The notes: generated from the sequence alone by a model not told the origin. 64,000 bases of DNA from Mobula hypostoma (GCF_963921235.1 NC_086108.1:105712001-105776000), one strand, 5' to 3'; counted from the first letter of the stretch, positions 1 through 12,755 are shown. Numbers and translations: made by a program.

Positions 1-219
1 ACCAAACTTGTCATAAGCTCTTTCTCTCAAGGTCAGCCATTCTGTAAATCAGCCTCTGGCCTCAGTCAAGTTTGCATCGTGATCTTGTCATTGCTAGCTT
101 TCAGTTTATATTAGTGATGATCATTCAGTTTGTGTACGTAGGTATCAATTACTGCAGAAGGAATTTGACCTAAGGCTTCTCAACCGTGTGCACTGAAAAA
201 AGTACGTAAAACACACACA

Positions 220-650
220 TAAACACAGGAGATTCTGCAGATACTGGAAATACAAAACTGACAGCATGAAAATTGATTTCTCTAACTTTGGAAATTTCTC
301 CCCACTTTCCCTTTCTCTTTTTTCCATTCTGCATTCTGGGTCCCTTCTCACTCCTTCTCCTCATCTGATTATCACCTCTCTCTGGTGCCCCTCCTTTTCT
401 CTCTCCCATGGTGCGGTGCACTATCCTATCAGATTTCTTCTCTTTCAGCCCTTCACCATTTCCACCAATCACCTCTGTTTCTTACTTCATCCTCCCCCCA
501 ATTCCTTACCCACCCATTTTCCCCCTCATCTGGCTTCACCAACTACCTATCAGCTTGTGCTCCTTCCCATCCCCCCACTTTCTTATTCTGGCTTTATTCT
601 ATTTCTTTTCCGGTCCTGTTGAAGCATCTTGGCTCAAAAAGTTGACTATT
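220..650 (+). mobile_element. Penelope-like element 3' end remnant with a short inverted piece at its left
   Basis: 266-290 encodes MKIDFSNF, matching the C-terminus of the Penelope ORF at 52501-53862 (MNIDFSNFR), followed by the same pyrimidine-rich tail and a decayed hammerhead-like end. 220-255 is the element terminus on the opposite strand. Confidence 0.7.
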
Positions 651-740
651 TCAGAATCAGAATTGGAATCAGGATCAGCTTTATTATCAATGGCATGTAC
701 CATGAAATTTGTTAACTTAGCAGCAGTAGTTCAATGCAAT

Positions 741-1685
741 ACAATAGACAATAGACAATAGGTGCAGGAATAGGCCATTCGGCCCTTCGAGCCAGCACCA
801 CTATTCACTGTGATCATGGCTGATCATCCACTATCAGTATCCAGTTCCTGCCTTATCCCCATAACCTTTGATTCCACTATCTTTAAGAGCTCTATCCATC
901 TTTTTTTTGAAAGCATCCAGAGACTTGGCCTCCACAGCCTTCTGGGGCAGAGCATTCCATATATCCACCACTCTCTGGGTGAAAAAGTTTTTCCTCAACT
1001 CCGTTCTAAATGGCCTACCCCTAATTCTTAAACTGTGGCCTCTGGTTCTGGACTCACCCATCAGCGGGAACATGCTTCCTGCCTGCAGCGTGTCCAATCC
1101 CTTAATAATCTTATATGTTTCAATGAGATCCCCTCTCAGCCTTCTAAATTCCAGAGTGTACAAGCCCAGTCGCTCCAATCTTTCAACATATGACAGTCCC
1201 GCCATCCCGGGAATTAACCTTGTGAACCTACGCTGCACTCCCTCAATAACAAGAATGTCCTTCCTCAAATTTGGAGACCAAAACTGCACGCAGTACTCCA
1301 GGGGTGGTCTCACCAGGGCCCTGTACAGCTGCAGAAGGACCTCTTTGCTCTTATACTCAATTCCCCTTGTTATGAAGGCCAGCATGCCATTAGTTTTTTT
1401 CACTGCCTGCTGTACTTGCATGCTTGTTTTCAGTGACTGATGTACAAGAACACCTAGATCTCGTTGTGCTTCCCCTTTTCCTAACTTGACTCCATTTAGA
1501 TAATAACCTGCCTTCCCGTTCTTACCATCAAAGTGGATAACCCCACATTTATCCACATTAAACTGCATCTGCCATGCATCTGCCCACTCACCCAGCCTGT
1601 CCAAGTCACCCTGCATTCTCATAACATCCTCCTCACATTTCACACTGCCTCCCAGCTTTGTGTCATTGGCAAATTTGCTAATGTT
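741..1685 (-). mobile_element. CR1 LINE, 5'-truncated (RT C-terminal half plus 3' UTR)
   Basis: ORF 834..1724: KFANDTKLGG, WQMQFNVDKC, RDLGV, YRALVRPPLEYCVQFWSP, RTRGHSLR, FFTQRVVDIWNALP. The catalytic FADD is mutated to FAND. (ATTGTCT)n tail at about 741-760. Confidence 0.95.
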
Positions 1686-1789
1686 AATATAATGTAGAAG
1701 ATGAAGGAAAAAAAAGTAAATCAATTACTGTATAGTGTATTGAATAGATCAAAATCGTGCAAAACCCAGAAATAATATATATTAAAAAA

Positions 1790-2290
1790 GTGACTAGTGT
1801 TCACGAGTTCAATGCCCTTTTAGGAATTGGATGGTAGAGGGGAAGAAGCTGTTCCTGAATTGCTGAGTGTGTGTCTTCAGGGTTCTGTACCTTCTACCTG
1901 ATAGTTGACATATCTTGCTCCTGTACGCCCTCTCGTCACCATTCTACCAACAATGGTTGTATCATCAGCAGATTTATAGATGGTATTTGTGCTATGCCTA
2001 GCCTCACAGTCATGGGTATATAAAGAGTAGAACAGTGGGCTAAGCACACACTCTGCGATGTACCAGTGTTGATCATCAGCGAGGAGGAAATGTTATCACC
2101 AATCCGCACAGATTGTGGTCTTCCAGTGAGGAAGTCGAGGATCCAATTACAGAGGGAGGTACAGAGGCCCAGGTTCTGCAACTTCTCAATCAGCATTGTG
2201 GGAATGGTGGTATTAAATGCTGAGCTATAGTAAATGAACAGCATCCTGGTGTAGGTGTTTGCGTTGTCCAGGTGGGCTAAGCCCATTTAT
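1790..2290 (-). mobile_element. Rex1/Babar-type LINE fragments, degenerate
   Basis: ORF 1936..2286: [41 protein letters not shown], typical Rex1 RT motifs with frameshifts. Confidence 0.85.
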
Positions 2291-3022
2291 TCCTCTCCCC
2301 AGATGCTGCCTAACCTGCTGAGTTCCTCCAACATTTTGCCTGTGTTACTTAAAACACAGAAAGAAATGTGGTTGTGATGGGTAAAATTTCACTTAACATC
2401 ATTTGCCCATCACTGAACTGTTCCCACAACCTATAGATTCACTTTCAAGGACTTGTCATCTCATGTTTTCGATATTTATTGCTCAATTTAGTGCAGAGTG
2501 CTGTTGTTACTCATTTCTATTGTTCGCATGATTTGTGTTTTTTTTTCTCTTTCTCTGTGCTTTGGGGTTTGGTCTTTATGTTTTTATATTGGGTTCTTTC
2601 GAATTTCTTGCTTTAAAGCTGCCAATAAGCAAACAAATCTCAAAAAATCTAATTTATACATTCTTTGATAATAAATGTACTTTGAATCTTTGGATTTATT
2701 ATTATTATTTCTTTCTTTTTGTATTGCACAGTTTGTTGTCTTTTGCACATTGGTTATCTGTCTATCCTGTTAGTTGAGTATGCCCACAAGAAAATTAATC
2801 TCAGGGCTATGTATGGTGACAAATATGTACTTTGATAATACATTTACTTTAAACTTTGAACTTTGAAACTTAAGTGTATTAACATCTCTGTATTTTTACT
2901 AATATGGTGGAAAGTCTAAACTATCGTCAGAAATAATTCCTGAATTCCAAGCTTAGTGCTTACATGTCGCTCGCTGGGATTATTGTATCTCCTTCAATCA
3001 TTCCAGATATATTAACTACAGC

Positions 3023-3833
3023 AGATGGAGTTCAACCCAGGTAAGAGTGAAGTGGTTCATTTTGGTAGGTCAAATATGATGGTAGGATGTAGTTTTAACG
3101 GTAAGACTCTTGACAGTGTGGAGGTTCCGAGGGATCTTGGGGTCGGAGTCCGTAGGATGCTCAAAGGAGCTGCGCAGGTTGACGCTGTTGTTAAAAAGGC
3201 ATATGGTGTATTGGCCTTCATTAATCGTGGAATTGAATTTAGGAGCCGAGAGGTAATGTTGCAGCTATATAGGACCCTGGTCAGACCCCAATTGGAGTAC
3301 TGTGCTCAGTTCTGGTCGCCTCAGTACAGGAAGGATGTGGAAGCCATAGAAAGGATACAGAGGAGACTTACAAGTATGTTGCCTGGATTGGGGAGAATGC
3401 CATATGAAAACAGTTTGAGTGAACTCAGCCTTTTCTCCTTGGAGCGACGGAAGATGAGAAGTGACCTGATAGAGATGTATAAGATGATGAGAGGCATTGA
3501 TTGTGTGGATAGTCAGAGGCTGTTTTCCAGGGCTGAAATGGTTGCCACAAGTGGACATAAGTTTAAGGTGCTGGGGAGTAGGTACAGAAGAGATCTCAGC
3601 GGTATGTTTTTTACTCAGAGAGTGGTGAGTGCATGGAATGGACTGCTGGCAATGGTGGTGGAGGTGGATATGATAGGGTCTTTTAAGAGACTTTTGGATA
3701 GGTACATGGCGCTTAGAAAAACAGAGGGCTATGTGGAAGTCTAGTAATTTCTAAAGTAAGGACATGTTCGGCACAACTTTGTGGGCCGAAGGGCCTGTAT
3801 TGTGCTGTAGGTTTTTTTATGTTTCTATGTTTC
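3023..3833 (+). mobile_element. CR1 LINE 3' fragment (second subfamily)
   Basis: ORF 3025..3744: MEFNPGKSEVVHFG, RDLGV, YRTLVRPQLEYCAQFWSP, FFTQRVVSAWNGL; (TATGTTTC)n tail. Confidence 0.95.
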
Positions 3834-4016
3834 TTTCCTCTCACCTCCTTATTCTAACATCTTTCCCCACCAATTCTAGTCCTGATAAAGGGTCTTGGCC
3901 CGAAATGTCAACCGTTTATTCACTTCCATAAGTGCTGCCTGACCTGCTGAGCTCCTTCAGTATTTTGTGCGTGTTTCTCTGGATTACCAGCTTCTGCAGA
4001 AGTGCTTGTGTGTATG

Positions 4017-4615
4017 GTGTTCTTGCTTTCATTAGTTGGGGGACTGAAATCAAGAACACAAAGTAACATTGCAGATCTATAAAACTCTGTTTTATAAAAT
4101 ATCGTGACCACATCGAATATGGTGGTCACTTCTGGTCATCTTATCATAGGAGGGATGTGGAACCTCTAGAGAGGGTGCAGTGGAGATTTACCAGGATGCT
4201 GCCAGGACTGGAGAATGTGTCTTATGAGAAGGGGCAGAGTGAGAAAGATCTTTTCTTCTTGTAGTGACAGAGGTAAGAGGTGAGTTGTTAGAGGAGGATT
4301 ACATGATGGGAGACATAGATAAGTAGTGGACAGCCAACATCATTTTCCCAGGGCAGCAATGGCCAATACCAGAGGACATCTGTTTGAGATGAGTAGAGGG
4401 ACATTAGAGGCAATATCTGTGGTGGGTGCCTGGAACGCACTGCCAAGGTAGTGGTAGAAGCAGATGTAGGAGGGACATTTAAAAGACTCCTAGATAGACA
4501 CACAAACATAAGAAAAGATTGAGGGTTACGGGTTGTGTAGGAGGGATGTGTCAGATTGATCGTGGAGTGTATTTATATAGGTTAGCAAACAAAGGATGCT
4601 GAGGGCCTTATACTG
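4017..4615 (+). mobile_element. Old degenerate CR1 3' fragment
   Basis: Nucleotide similarity to 3220-3800 (agagggtgcagtggagatttaccaggatgctgcc); no long ORF. Confidence 0.75.
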
Positions 4616-4952
4616 TATAGGGTCATGGAGCAGCATAGCACAGTTATAGGCACTTCGACCAGACCATGCCAAACCATTTAAACTGCCTAGTCCCATGATC
4701 TGCACTCAAACCATAGCCCTCCATACCCCTCCCATCCAGGTACCTATCCAATTTCTTTTAAATGTTAAAATCAAATCAACACTTACCACTCTCGGCTGGC
4801 AGCTCATTCCATACTCGAGCCAACCTTTGAGTGAAGAAAATCCCCCTCATGTTCCCTTTTCACCTTTCACCCTTAACCTATGACCTCTGTGTGTGTTAGA
4901 GTGGTGCATAGTTGAGATAGGAGAAGTTTAAAGGAGCTTTATAAAGCAAGGC

Positions 4953-5320
4953 CCACACAAAATACTGGAGGAACTCAGCAGACCAGGCCACTTTGATGGA
5001 AAAGAGTAAATAGTTGATGTTTTGGGCCAAGACCCTTCATCGGGACTGGAAAGGAAGGGAAGAACTCAGAATAAGAAGGTGGAGGGATTGGAGGAAGAAG
5101 TGCAAGGTGGTAGGTGATAAATGAAACCAGGAGAGGAGGAGGGGTGAGTAAAGAGCTGGGAAGTTGATTGGTGAAAGAGATAAAGGGCTGGAGAAAGGGG
5201 GAATCTGATGGTTGAGAACAGAAAACCATGGAAGAAAGAGAAGTGGAAGGAGCACCAGAGGGAGGCGGTGGGCAGGTAAGAACTGAAGGTGTGAGAGGGA
5301 ACCAGGAATGGGAAAATAAA
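4953..5320 (-). mobile_element. Penelope 3' tail remnant with decayed hammerhead motif
   Basis: Purine-rich reverse complement of the Penelope tail; gatgttttgggccaagacccttcatcgggact at about 5016-5047. Confidence 0.75.
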
Positions 5321-5544
5321 GCCAGCTTTTTTTTCACTGAGTGGCAGGTACCTGGAACAGGTTGCCACGAGGGAGATACAAAAGTAATATTTAACAGGCA
5401 TTTAGGCATACAGGAAAGAAAGAGATATGGACCTTGTGCCGGCAGATGGGATTAGTTTGGACTGGCGTTATAGTCAGTGTAGACACTGTGGGCTGCAGGG
5501 CTTCTTCCTACATTGTATTGTCCTATGTTCTATGCTCTGTGCTT

Positions 5545-5621
5545 TGTGTCCTGTGTCCTGTGTCCTGTGTCCTGTGTCCTGTGTCCTGTGTCCTGTGTCC
5601 TGTGTCCTGTGTCCTGTGTTC
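5545..5621 (+). repeat. (TGTGTCC)10-11 heptamer tandem repeat
   Basis: Ten perfect units 5545-5614 plus one variant unit. Confidence 0.98.
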
Positions 5622-5807
5622 AGTGGTGGTACCAGCCTACCTACCATCAGGGACATAAATACAGAAAGGTGCTAGAAATGTCCAGAATCATAAGGGATTC
5701 CTCCACCCTGCTCATGGACTGTTTGTCCCACTCACATCAGGGAGGAGGCTATGTAGCATCCATGCCAGGACCACCAGACTAAAAAACAGTTACGGTACTT
5801 TCCCCAA

Positions 5808-6196
5808 TTCAGGCAGGTGGGGCTCGTCTGCCTTGGACAGCAACCCGCCCAGGAGAAGGAAAACTCTGATTGTAAAACTCCACTGCCTTACAGCCATACC
5901 CATCCATGGGAAAGGTTTTGGGAGTAAACCCCAAAGAAGAAAGTTGAAGCCAGGGTCCCTAAAGCAGTTTGGTGTTGTTTACAACTTCACTCTGGCAACC
6001 TCTGGGACGACACTGGTGCCAAGCTGTATCAGTGCTTGCCCTTCCCTTGCACTACGTCAGTGACGTGGAGAGGGGGAACACGCTGCATGGGCAACAGCCG
6101 GTTCTTCAAATCTTCCCGCCCAGGCTTGCGCCCTGGAGAGGACACAGTCCACCAGAGGCACAAACCCAAGATCCCCTGAGATTGACAGCTGCCTAC
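5808..6196 (+). mobile_element. Non-autonomous retroelement, probably RTE-related
   Basis: Flanked by ACTTTCCCCAA (5797-5807) and ACTTTCCACAA (6197-6207). Related copies at 7900-8470 (+) and 41945-42275 (-). The RTE link is inferred from the ggagaaggaaaactctga motif. Confidence 0.65.
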
Positions 6197-6357
6197 ACTT
6201 TCCACAAACAGTAAGGCTGATTAACACACCCCCACAAACCCACCACTCCACACTCCACACTCCATCTACCACTACTTTATCATTTCCTGTCAGTCACCTT
6301 ATGTACAGACACTCCTGAGCCTAGAGTCACTTTATGGACATACAATCAATCTATGTA

Positions 6358-7757
6358 CAGTATTGTGCAAAAATCTTAGGCACATAGTCACAGCTAGAAT
6401 GCCCAAAACTTTAGCACAGTACTGTAGCACTGTATGTATTGCACTGTACTGCTGGCGCAAAAAAAAAATGACATACGTGAGTGATGATAAGCCCAATTCT
6501 GATATTGTGGAATGAGAGTGGGAAGAGGGCAGGGAGAGGGGAATCATGGTTGGGAAAAGGGGAAAGGAGAGGGGAGGGAGCAGGAAGCACCATAGGGACA
6601 TTCTGTAATGATCAATAAACCAATTGTTTGAAATCAAATGACTTTTCCCGGTGTCTCAGGGCTGGGTGTCTCTGTAGCCGTGCCACCCTGGCATCACCCA
6701 CCCCGGCACCACCAACCCCGGCACTCCTTCTCTGCCACTTGTCCCATACCCCTTCCGCGATGCTCCACCCTCACCATTCCTAAAATGCTTAGCTCCTGCC
6801 TGATTTCCAAACTTGCTCTCCACTCTACGTTCACAAATGCAGTACCGTGCAAAGGTTTTCGGCACCCTGGCTATACACCACGGTGGTTGGTCAGAGTGAC
6901 GATACGGCCCACAGGGACGAAGTCCAGCACCTGGCCGCGTGATGTGCCGACAACAACCTGGCCCTTAACACCCAGAAGACCAAGGAGATTATTGTTCGGG
7001 CATGCTAGGAGCCACACTCACAACCCCATCTACATCAACGGAGCTGTAGTGGAGCGTGTATCAAGCCTCAAACTCCTTGGCGTCCACATTTCCGAGGATC
7101 TCACCTGGTCCCTGAACTCCTCCATCCTGATCAAAAAGGCGCAACAGCTCCTTCATTTCCTGCGGAGCATCAAGAAAGCTCACCTCTATCCCAGGATACT
7201 GACAGACATTTACTACTGTACCATTGAGAGTATACTCACCAACTGCATCTCAGTGTGGTATAGCAATTGTCCCGTATCGGACTGCAAAGCATTCCAGCGT
7301 GTAGTTAAAACTGCCCAACGGATTATCAGTACCTAGTTGCCCACCATTGAGAACATCTACCATAAACGCTGCCTTGGCAGGGTGAAAAACATTATCAAGG
7401 ATGCATCTCACCCTATCCATGAACTTTTTACTCTCCTCCCATCCGGTAGGTGCTACAGGAGCCTCCGCTCCCGCACCAGCAGGAACAGGAAGAGCTTCTT
7501 CCCTGAGGCTGTGACCCTGCTGAACCTCATATCACAGCGCTAAGCAGTGTTGCACCCATATTGTACTGTCTCAGTGCTTTTATATTTGTGTGCTGTAGCA
7601 CTTACTTTTTATTTGCAGTTACTTTGTAAATAACACTATTCTTTGCATTTCTGGTCAGATGCTAACTGCATTCCATTGGCTTTGTATCTGTACTTGGCAC
7701 AATGACAATAAAGTTGAATCTAAAAAAATTTGTGCTGAATACTTCTGCACAGTACTG
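6358..7757. mobile_element. Composite Tc1/mariner-type MITE interrupted by a Rex1 LINE
   Basis: Termini CAGTAtTGTGCA (6358) and TGCACAGTACTG (ends 7757), each flanked by TA. The host repeat (caatcaatctatgTA...TAtataagc, compare 44575-44610) rejoins across it. Confidence 0.7.
6878..7722 (+). mobile_element. Rex1/Babar LINE 3' fragment
   Basis: ORFs 6638..7336 and 7337..7543: PIYINGAVVERVSSLKLLGVHISEDLTWS, KKAQQLLHFLR, HELFTLLPSGRCYRS, SFFPEAV; 3' UTR ends caataaagttgaatcta. Confidence 0.92.
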
Positions 7758-7899
7758 TATATAAGCTAACTTATGTCTGTTTATTTATTGTGTATTTTTA
7801 AGTGTTATTGTACTCTTTATCTTATCGTAATTTTTTATGCTGCATAAGATCAGGCGTAACAATTATTTTGTTCTCTCTTGCACTTGTGTACTGAAAATG

Positions 7900-8470
7900 G
7901 TTGCTACAGCCAGGGATGGTAACGGGGACAAGCTCCCACTTCCTATTAAATTCTCCCAAGGTGTGCACCTCAAATAGCCTCTGACAACCAAGTCCAGCTC
8001 CTGGCCCTCACATGTTGCTTAACTACTAAGCCCAGCAGAACCGTTTCTACTGACAGGAGAAGGGGCAAAGGCTCGTTACTGGCGCCTTAATAACAGTTAC
8101 ATCGGGAAGATGGAACTCGTCAGCCGTGGTTGGCAGCTCATCTAGGAGAAGGAAAACTCTGATCTCAAAACTCCGCTGCCTTGCAGCTAAACCCACTCAT
8201 GGGGAAGGCTTTGGGAGTAAGCCCTAAGGGAGAAGTCCGGAGCAGCCCCACACTGAGTTCAATGTTGTCCGGCGACTCCTGCGACTCTGCTGGTACCAAA
8301 CTGTATCGGTATCCGCCGTTCCTTTGGGTTCATCAGATGCGTGGAGAGCGGAGCCTGCTGCATTGGCAACAGCTTGCTCCCCATATTGTGCTGCCCTGAC
8401 TTGCGTACCTAGTCAGCTAGGATGCAATATCCATGGACACCTCTGACTGATGGAGACCCTCACCTCTCCT
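7900..8470 (+). mobile_element. Non-autonomous retroelement related to 5808-6196
   Basis: Shared blocks ggagaaggaaaactctgat, gggaaggctttgggagtaa, gtggagag...ggcaacagc. Confidence 0.65.
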
Positions 8471-9694
8471 CACCTGACTGGAAATGACATTAACCAATCT
8501 TGAATTTTATCAAGTCTTGAATTCTGTGTTCCATGCTCAGTATTCAATCAGAGTCAGAATGAGAATCAAAAACAGGTTTATTGTCACCGTCTGACATGAC
8601 ATGCAATTTGTTGTTTTGCAGCAGCAGTACAGTGTAAAGGCACCAAATAACTATAAATTACAAAACAAATAAACAGTTTAAAAATACTGTTCGTGAGTCC
8701 ATGAAATCAGATGACAGAGGGGGAAAGGAGCTGCACATCCACCACTGAGTGTGGGACTTCAGGTAGTGACGAGGAGAGGGCATGTCCCTGAAGGTGAGGG
8801 TCCTTCCTGATGGGCGCCACACGTTGCTTGTTCTGTGTTCAGGGTTCAGCACAGGGCAATGAGCAAACAGTTGAAGGATGCAGAGGACCTTGTGCAGGTT
8901 AGGTCATTCATACAGGGAGCAGAGACAGAGGGTCTGTCCAGGAGCCCACCGGAACAGCAAACTCTCGAGGTAACACAGATGGCTCATTATCCACAACACA
9001 TTAAAATGTGAAAAGGGGTCTATCAGTATGCGAAGGCTGTCACAGAGATGTTGCTACTTCATTGTCAGCAAATTATCTTGATGCTTTAAGTCACACATGA
9101 AGACTGCAGTAAAATTAGTCAATTACCCATGACTTCAGTAATTTAATTGGACCAAGGCAAAGAGAGATAAAAAGACCTCCCAGGAATCCTTATGACTTGT
9201 ACTCTGACCCAGACTCAACCTCACTTTGTGATCCAAGGGCAGAACTGATGTTATAAATCGCCACCTGGCTAGAGAGTCTCAATGTACCAAACCCTTCCAT
9301 TCTGAAGCAACACACACAGAATGCTGGAATCGTCAGTATATACTGAAGTATACACAATACGTAAGACACTTGACGTGCTTGTGCCATCAGGTTATAGACA
9401 ACCCAAGTGTGATAGGAAATTCTGTTCCGCTGGTTTGATTTTGTCCTCACCCTGGCGGTAGAGGAGGCTGACGACAGACATGTCGATGTGGGAGCGGGGA
9501 AGGGAATTAGAAAGGCCAGCAACAAGGAACTCTAGATGGCAATAGTTAACAGAACTCAGGTGACTGTCAAATTGGTTGCTCAGTCCACAGCTGGTTTCAC
9601 TGCTGAGACCAGATTGTGGAAGCTTTCTGGGCCCAGATAGCCTGCTCCATTTCCTACATTGCAGTATTTCACTTTTGCTCACCCGCTAACAGGA

Positions 9695-10782
9695 TAGTCA
9701 TAGTCATACTTCATTGACCCGGGGGAAAATTGATTTTCGTTACAGTTGCACCATAAATAATAAATAGTAATAAAATCATAAATAGTTAAATAGTAATGTG
9801 TAAATTATGCCAGGAAATAAGTCCAGGACCAGCCTATCGGCTCAGGGTGTCTGACCCTCCAAGGGAGGAGTTGTAAAGTTTGATGGCCACAGGCAGGAAT
9901 GACTTCCTATGACGCTCTGTGTTGCATCTCGGTGGAATGAGTCTCTGGCTGAATGTACTCCTGTGCCCACCCAGTACATTATGTAGTGGATGGGAGACAT
10001 TGACCAAGATGGCATGCAACTTAGACAGCATCCTCTTTTCAGACACCACCGTCAGAGAGTCCAGTTCCATCCCCACAACATCACTGGCCTTACGAATGAG
10101 TTTGTTGATTCTGTTGGTGTCTGCTACCCTCAGCCTGCTGCCCCAGCACACAACAGCAAACATGATAGCACTGGCCACCACAGACTCGTAGAACATCCTC
10201 AGCATCATCCGGCAGATGTTAAAGGACCTTAGTCTCCTCAGGAAATAGAGACGGCTCTGACTCTTCTTGTAGACAGCCTTAGTGTTCTTTGACCAGTCCA
10301 GTTTATTGTCAACTCGTATCCCCAGGTACTTGTAATCCTCCACCATGTCCACACTGAACCCCTGGATGGAAACAGGTGTCACTGGTACCTTAGCTCTCCT
10401 CAGGTCTACCACCAGCTCCTTAGTCTTTTTCACATTAAGCTGTAGATAATTCTGCTCACGCCATGTGACAAAGTTTCCTACCGTAGCCCTGTACTCAGCT
10501 TCATCTCCCTTGCTGATGCATCCAACTATGGCAGAGTCATCCGAAAACTTCTGAAGATGACAAGACTCTGTGCGGTAGTTGAAGTCCGAGGTGTAAATGG
10601 TGAAGAGAAAGGGAGACAGGACAGTCCCCTGTGGAGCCCCAGTGCTGCTGATCACTCTGTCGGACACATAGTGTTGCAAGCACACGTACTGTGGTCTGCC
10701 AATCAGGTAATCAAGAATCCATGATACCAGGGAAGCATCCACCTGCATCACTGGCAGCTTCTCCCCCAGCAGAGCAAAGCCC
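9695..10782 (-). mobile_element. Rex1/Babar LINE, 5'-truncated, with open RT 3' half
   Basis: ORF 9834..10751: WILDYLIGRPQYV, TGAPQGTVLSPFLFTIYTSD, QKFSDDSAIVG, YKYLG, SFLPVAIKLYN; (GACTAT)n tail. Confidence 0.95.
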
Positions 10783-10877
10783 CCAAAGGCATTGTCGAGC
10801 TGGAGATGGTGCAGAAGAGGATTACCAGGAAGGTGCCTGGACTAAAGGGCCTGACTTTTCGGGAGAGTTTGACCAGA

Positions 10878-11132
10878 GGGTATTGTAATGGTTAGCATAA
10901 CGTTATAACAACCCTGGTGTCCCAGGTTCAATTCCTTCCACTGCCTGTACGGAATTTGTATGTTCTACCCGTGACAGCATGGGTTTCCTCTGGTTGCTTT
11001 GGTTTCTTCTCACATTCCAAAGACACATGGATTAGTAGGTTAATTGATCACGTGGGTGTAAATAGGTGGTGCAGACTTATTGGGCCAAAGGACCTGATAT
11101 TGTGCCGTATCTCTAAATAAAATGAATAAATG
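10878..11132 (+). mobile_element. tRNA-derived V-SINE
   Basis: B-box-like ggttcaattcc, then V-domain-like tttgtatgttctacccgtgac...gggtttcctc...tccaaagac...ggttaattg; (TAAA)n-like tail. Confidence 0.8.
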
Positions 11133-11199
11133 AAACAATGGATCTTTATTCTTTGGACTGTAGGAGTATGAATGGTGGCCTCTTAGGAGTACACTTATG

Positions 11200-12010
11200 C
11201 CAGCAACTACAGCCGTGAGATTCATTTTCTTGTGGCATACTCAGCAAATCTATGGAATCGTAACTATAACAGGATCAATGAAAGATCAACTAGAGTGCAG
11301 AAGACAACAAGCTGTGCAAATCAAAAAATATAAATAAGTAGCAATAAATAATGAGAACATGAGATGATGAGAAAAAAGATTCCTTAAAGTGAGATCATTG
11401 GTTGTGGGAACGCTTCAATAGATGGGCAAATGAGAGAAGTTATCCGCTTTGTTCAAGAGCATAATGTTTGTGGGGTAGTAACTGTTCTTGAACCTGGTGG
11501 TGCGAGTCCTGAGGCACCTGTACCTTCTACCTGATGGCAGCAGCAAGAAAAGAGCATGGCCTGTGTGGTGAGGATCTCTGACAACGGATGCTGCCTTCAG
11601 ACGACAGTGTTTCTTGTAGACATGCTCAGCGGTTAGGAGGGCTTTACCCATGATGAAGTGGGCTGAATCCAGTATCTCTTCTGGGATTTGGCATTCAAAG
11701 GCATTGAAGTTTCTATACCAGGTTGTAAATACAATACACTCTCCACCTCACATCTATACAAGTTTGTCAAAGTTTTCGTTGTCATGCCAAACCTTCTCAA
11801 CCTCCTCAGGAAGTACAGGCTCTCCCGTGCTTTCTTCACAATAGCACATCTGTGCTGGGTCTTGGACAGATCCTCTGAAATAGTAACGTGCAGGAATTCA
11901 AAGCCGCTAACCCTCTCCAGCTCTGATCCTCTGATGAGGACTGGCTCATGGACCTCTGCTTTCCCTCTGCTGAAGTCTACCATCAGTTCTTTGGTCTTAT
12001 TGACAATGAG
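11200..12010 (-). mobile_element. Rex1/Babar LINE 3' fragment, degenerate
   Basis: ORFs 11633..11983 and 11415..11651: ELERVSGFEFL, LYFLRRLRRFGM, LLPSGRRYR. Confidence 0.88.
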
Positions 12011-12259
12011 TGGGTCATTATTGATATCTGACTACTCAGTCAAATTTCCAGTCTCTCAGGTGGATGGTCATATCCTTTTCTCCAGGGTTGGGGTGTGCAG
12101 AACTAGATGGCACAGGAAGGTGGGCGGGGGGTGGAATTTAAAGAGCAACCTGAGAGGCTGCTTGTTTACTCAGTGGGTAATTAGTATCTGGAATGAGCTG
12201 CCCGGGGAGGTGATGCAGGTGAATGCAATGGTAACTTTTAAGAGGCACTGTGGGTAGGT

Positions 12260-12755
12260 TGTTCAATGTCACTCCACCAACTTGGACACCAGTTTCATCA
12301 TTCAACACCTGAAGATTACCTCTGAGTAAATGTTAAATAATAAAGGGGAGACAATGCAGCCCTGGCAAGCCCTTTTTTGGATCTCAACTTCCGGTGAATT
12401 CCCACCACTGATGCAGAATGCAGAAAATTAGATGGGTGATGAAGGTCAGTAAAATGGAAGTGTTGAAGACAGCGAGGAGAGAAAAGGAGTAGCTGAAGAA
12501 TGTGCAGAAAAGGAAGCTGGAATATGCCGGGCACTTGTTAAGAGGTGGTGGATTGCAGAAATTGTTATTGGAAGGGATGACAGAAGGAAAGAGGGAAAGA
12601 GGAAGGCAGTGAACCACTTGGTACGATAATGTGAGGCAACGGACTGGGGTGAGTTATGCTGAGGCCAGAAAAAGAGCGAAAGATCGAAGAAGATGGAGGT
12701 GCATAGCCGCCAACCCCAGATTCCGGACGGCACCCACTGACTGACTGACCTCCCT
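12260..12755 (+). mobile_element. RTE-clade LINE with a 5' inversion
   Basis: Plus strand from 12412 translates RMQKIRW...RKLEYAGHLLR...LLLEGMTEGKRERGRQ*TTWYD...DRRRWR (RTE C-terminus) and ends in (ACTG)n. Minus strand 12260-12390 translates QGCIVSPLLFNIYSEVIF...GVQVGGVTLNNL. Flanked by GTAGGT repeats. Confidence 0.85.

Noticed and set aside
266..761. Pro/Ser/Leu/Phe-rich ORFs here and in similar tails (4975-5409, 37829-38260, 53904-54314)
   Set aside because: Translations of the pyrimidine-rich Penelope 3' UTR, which is naturally poor in stop codons.
868..1440. 190-aa plus-strand ORF (also 15026..15652, 16941..17456, 52967..53539, 62797..63234)
   Set aside because: Antisense or alternate-frame shadows of retroelement coding sequence, with no independent protein motifs.
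5545..5621. Possible CRISPR-like array, or repeat protein (CPVSCVL)n ORFs
   Set aside because: Plain 7-bp tandem repeat without spacers, in a vertebrate context; the ORFs arise because the repeat lacks stop codons.
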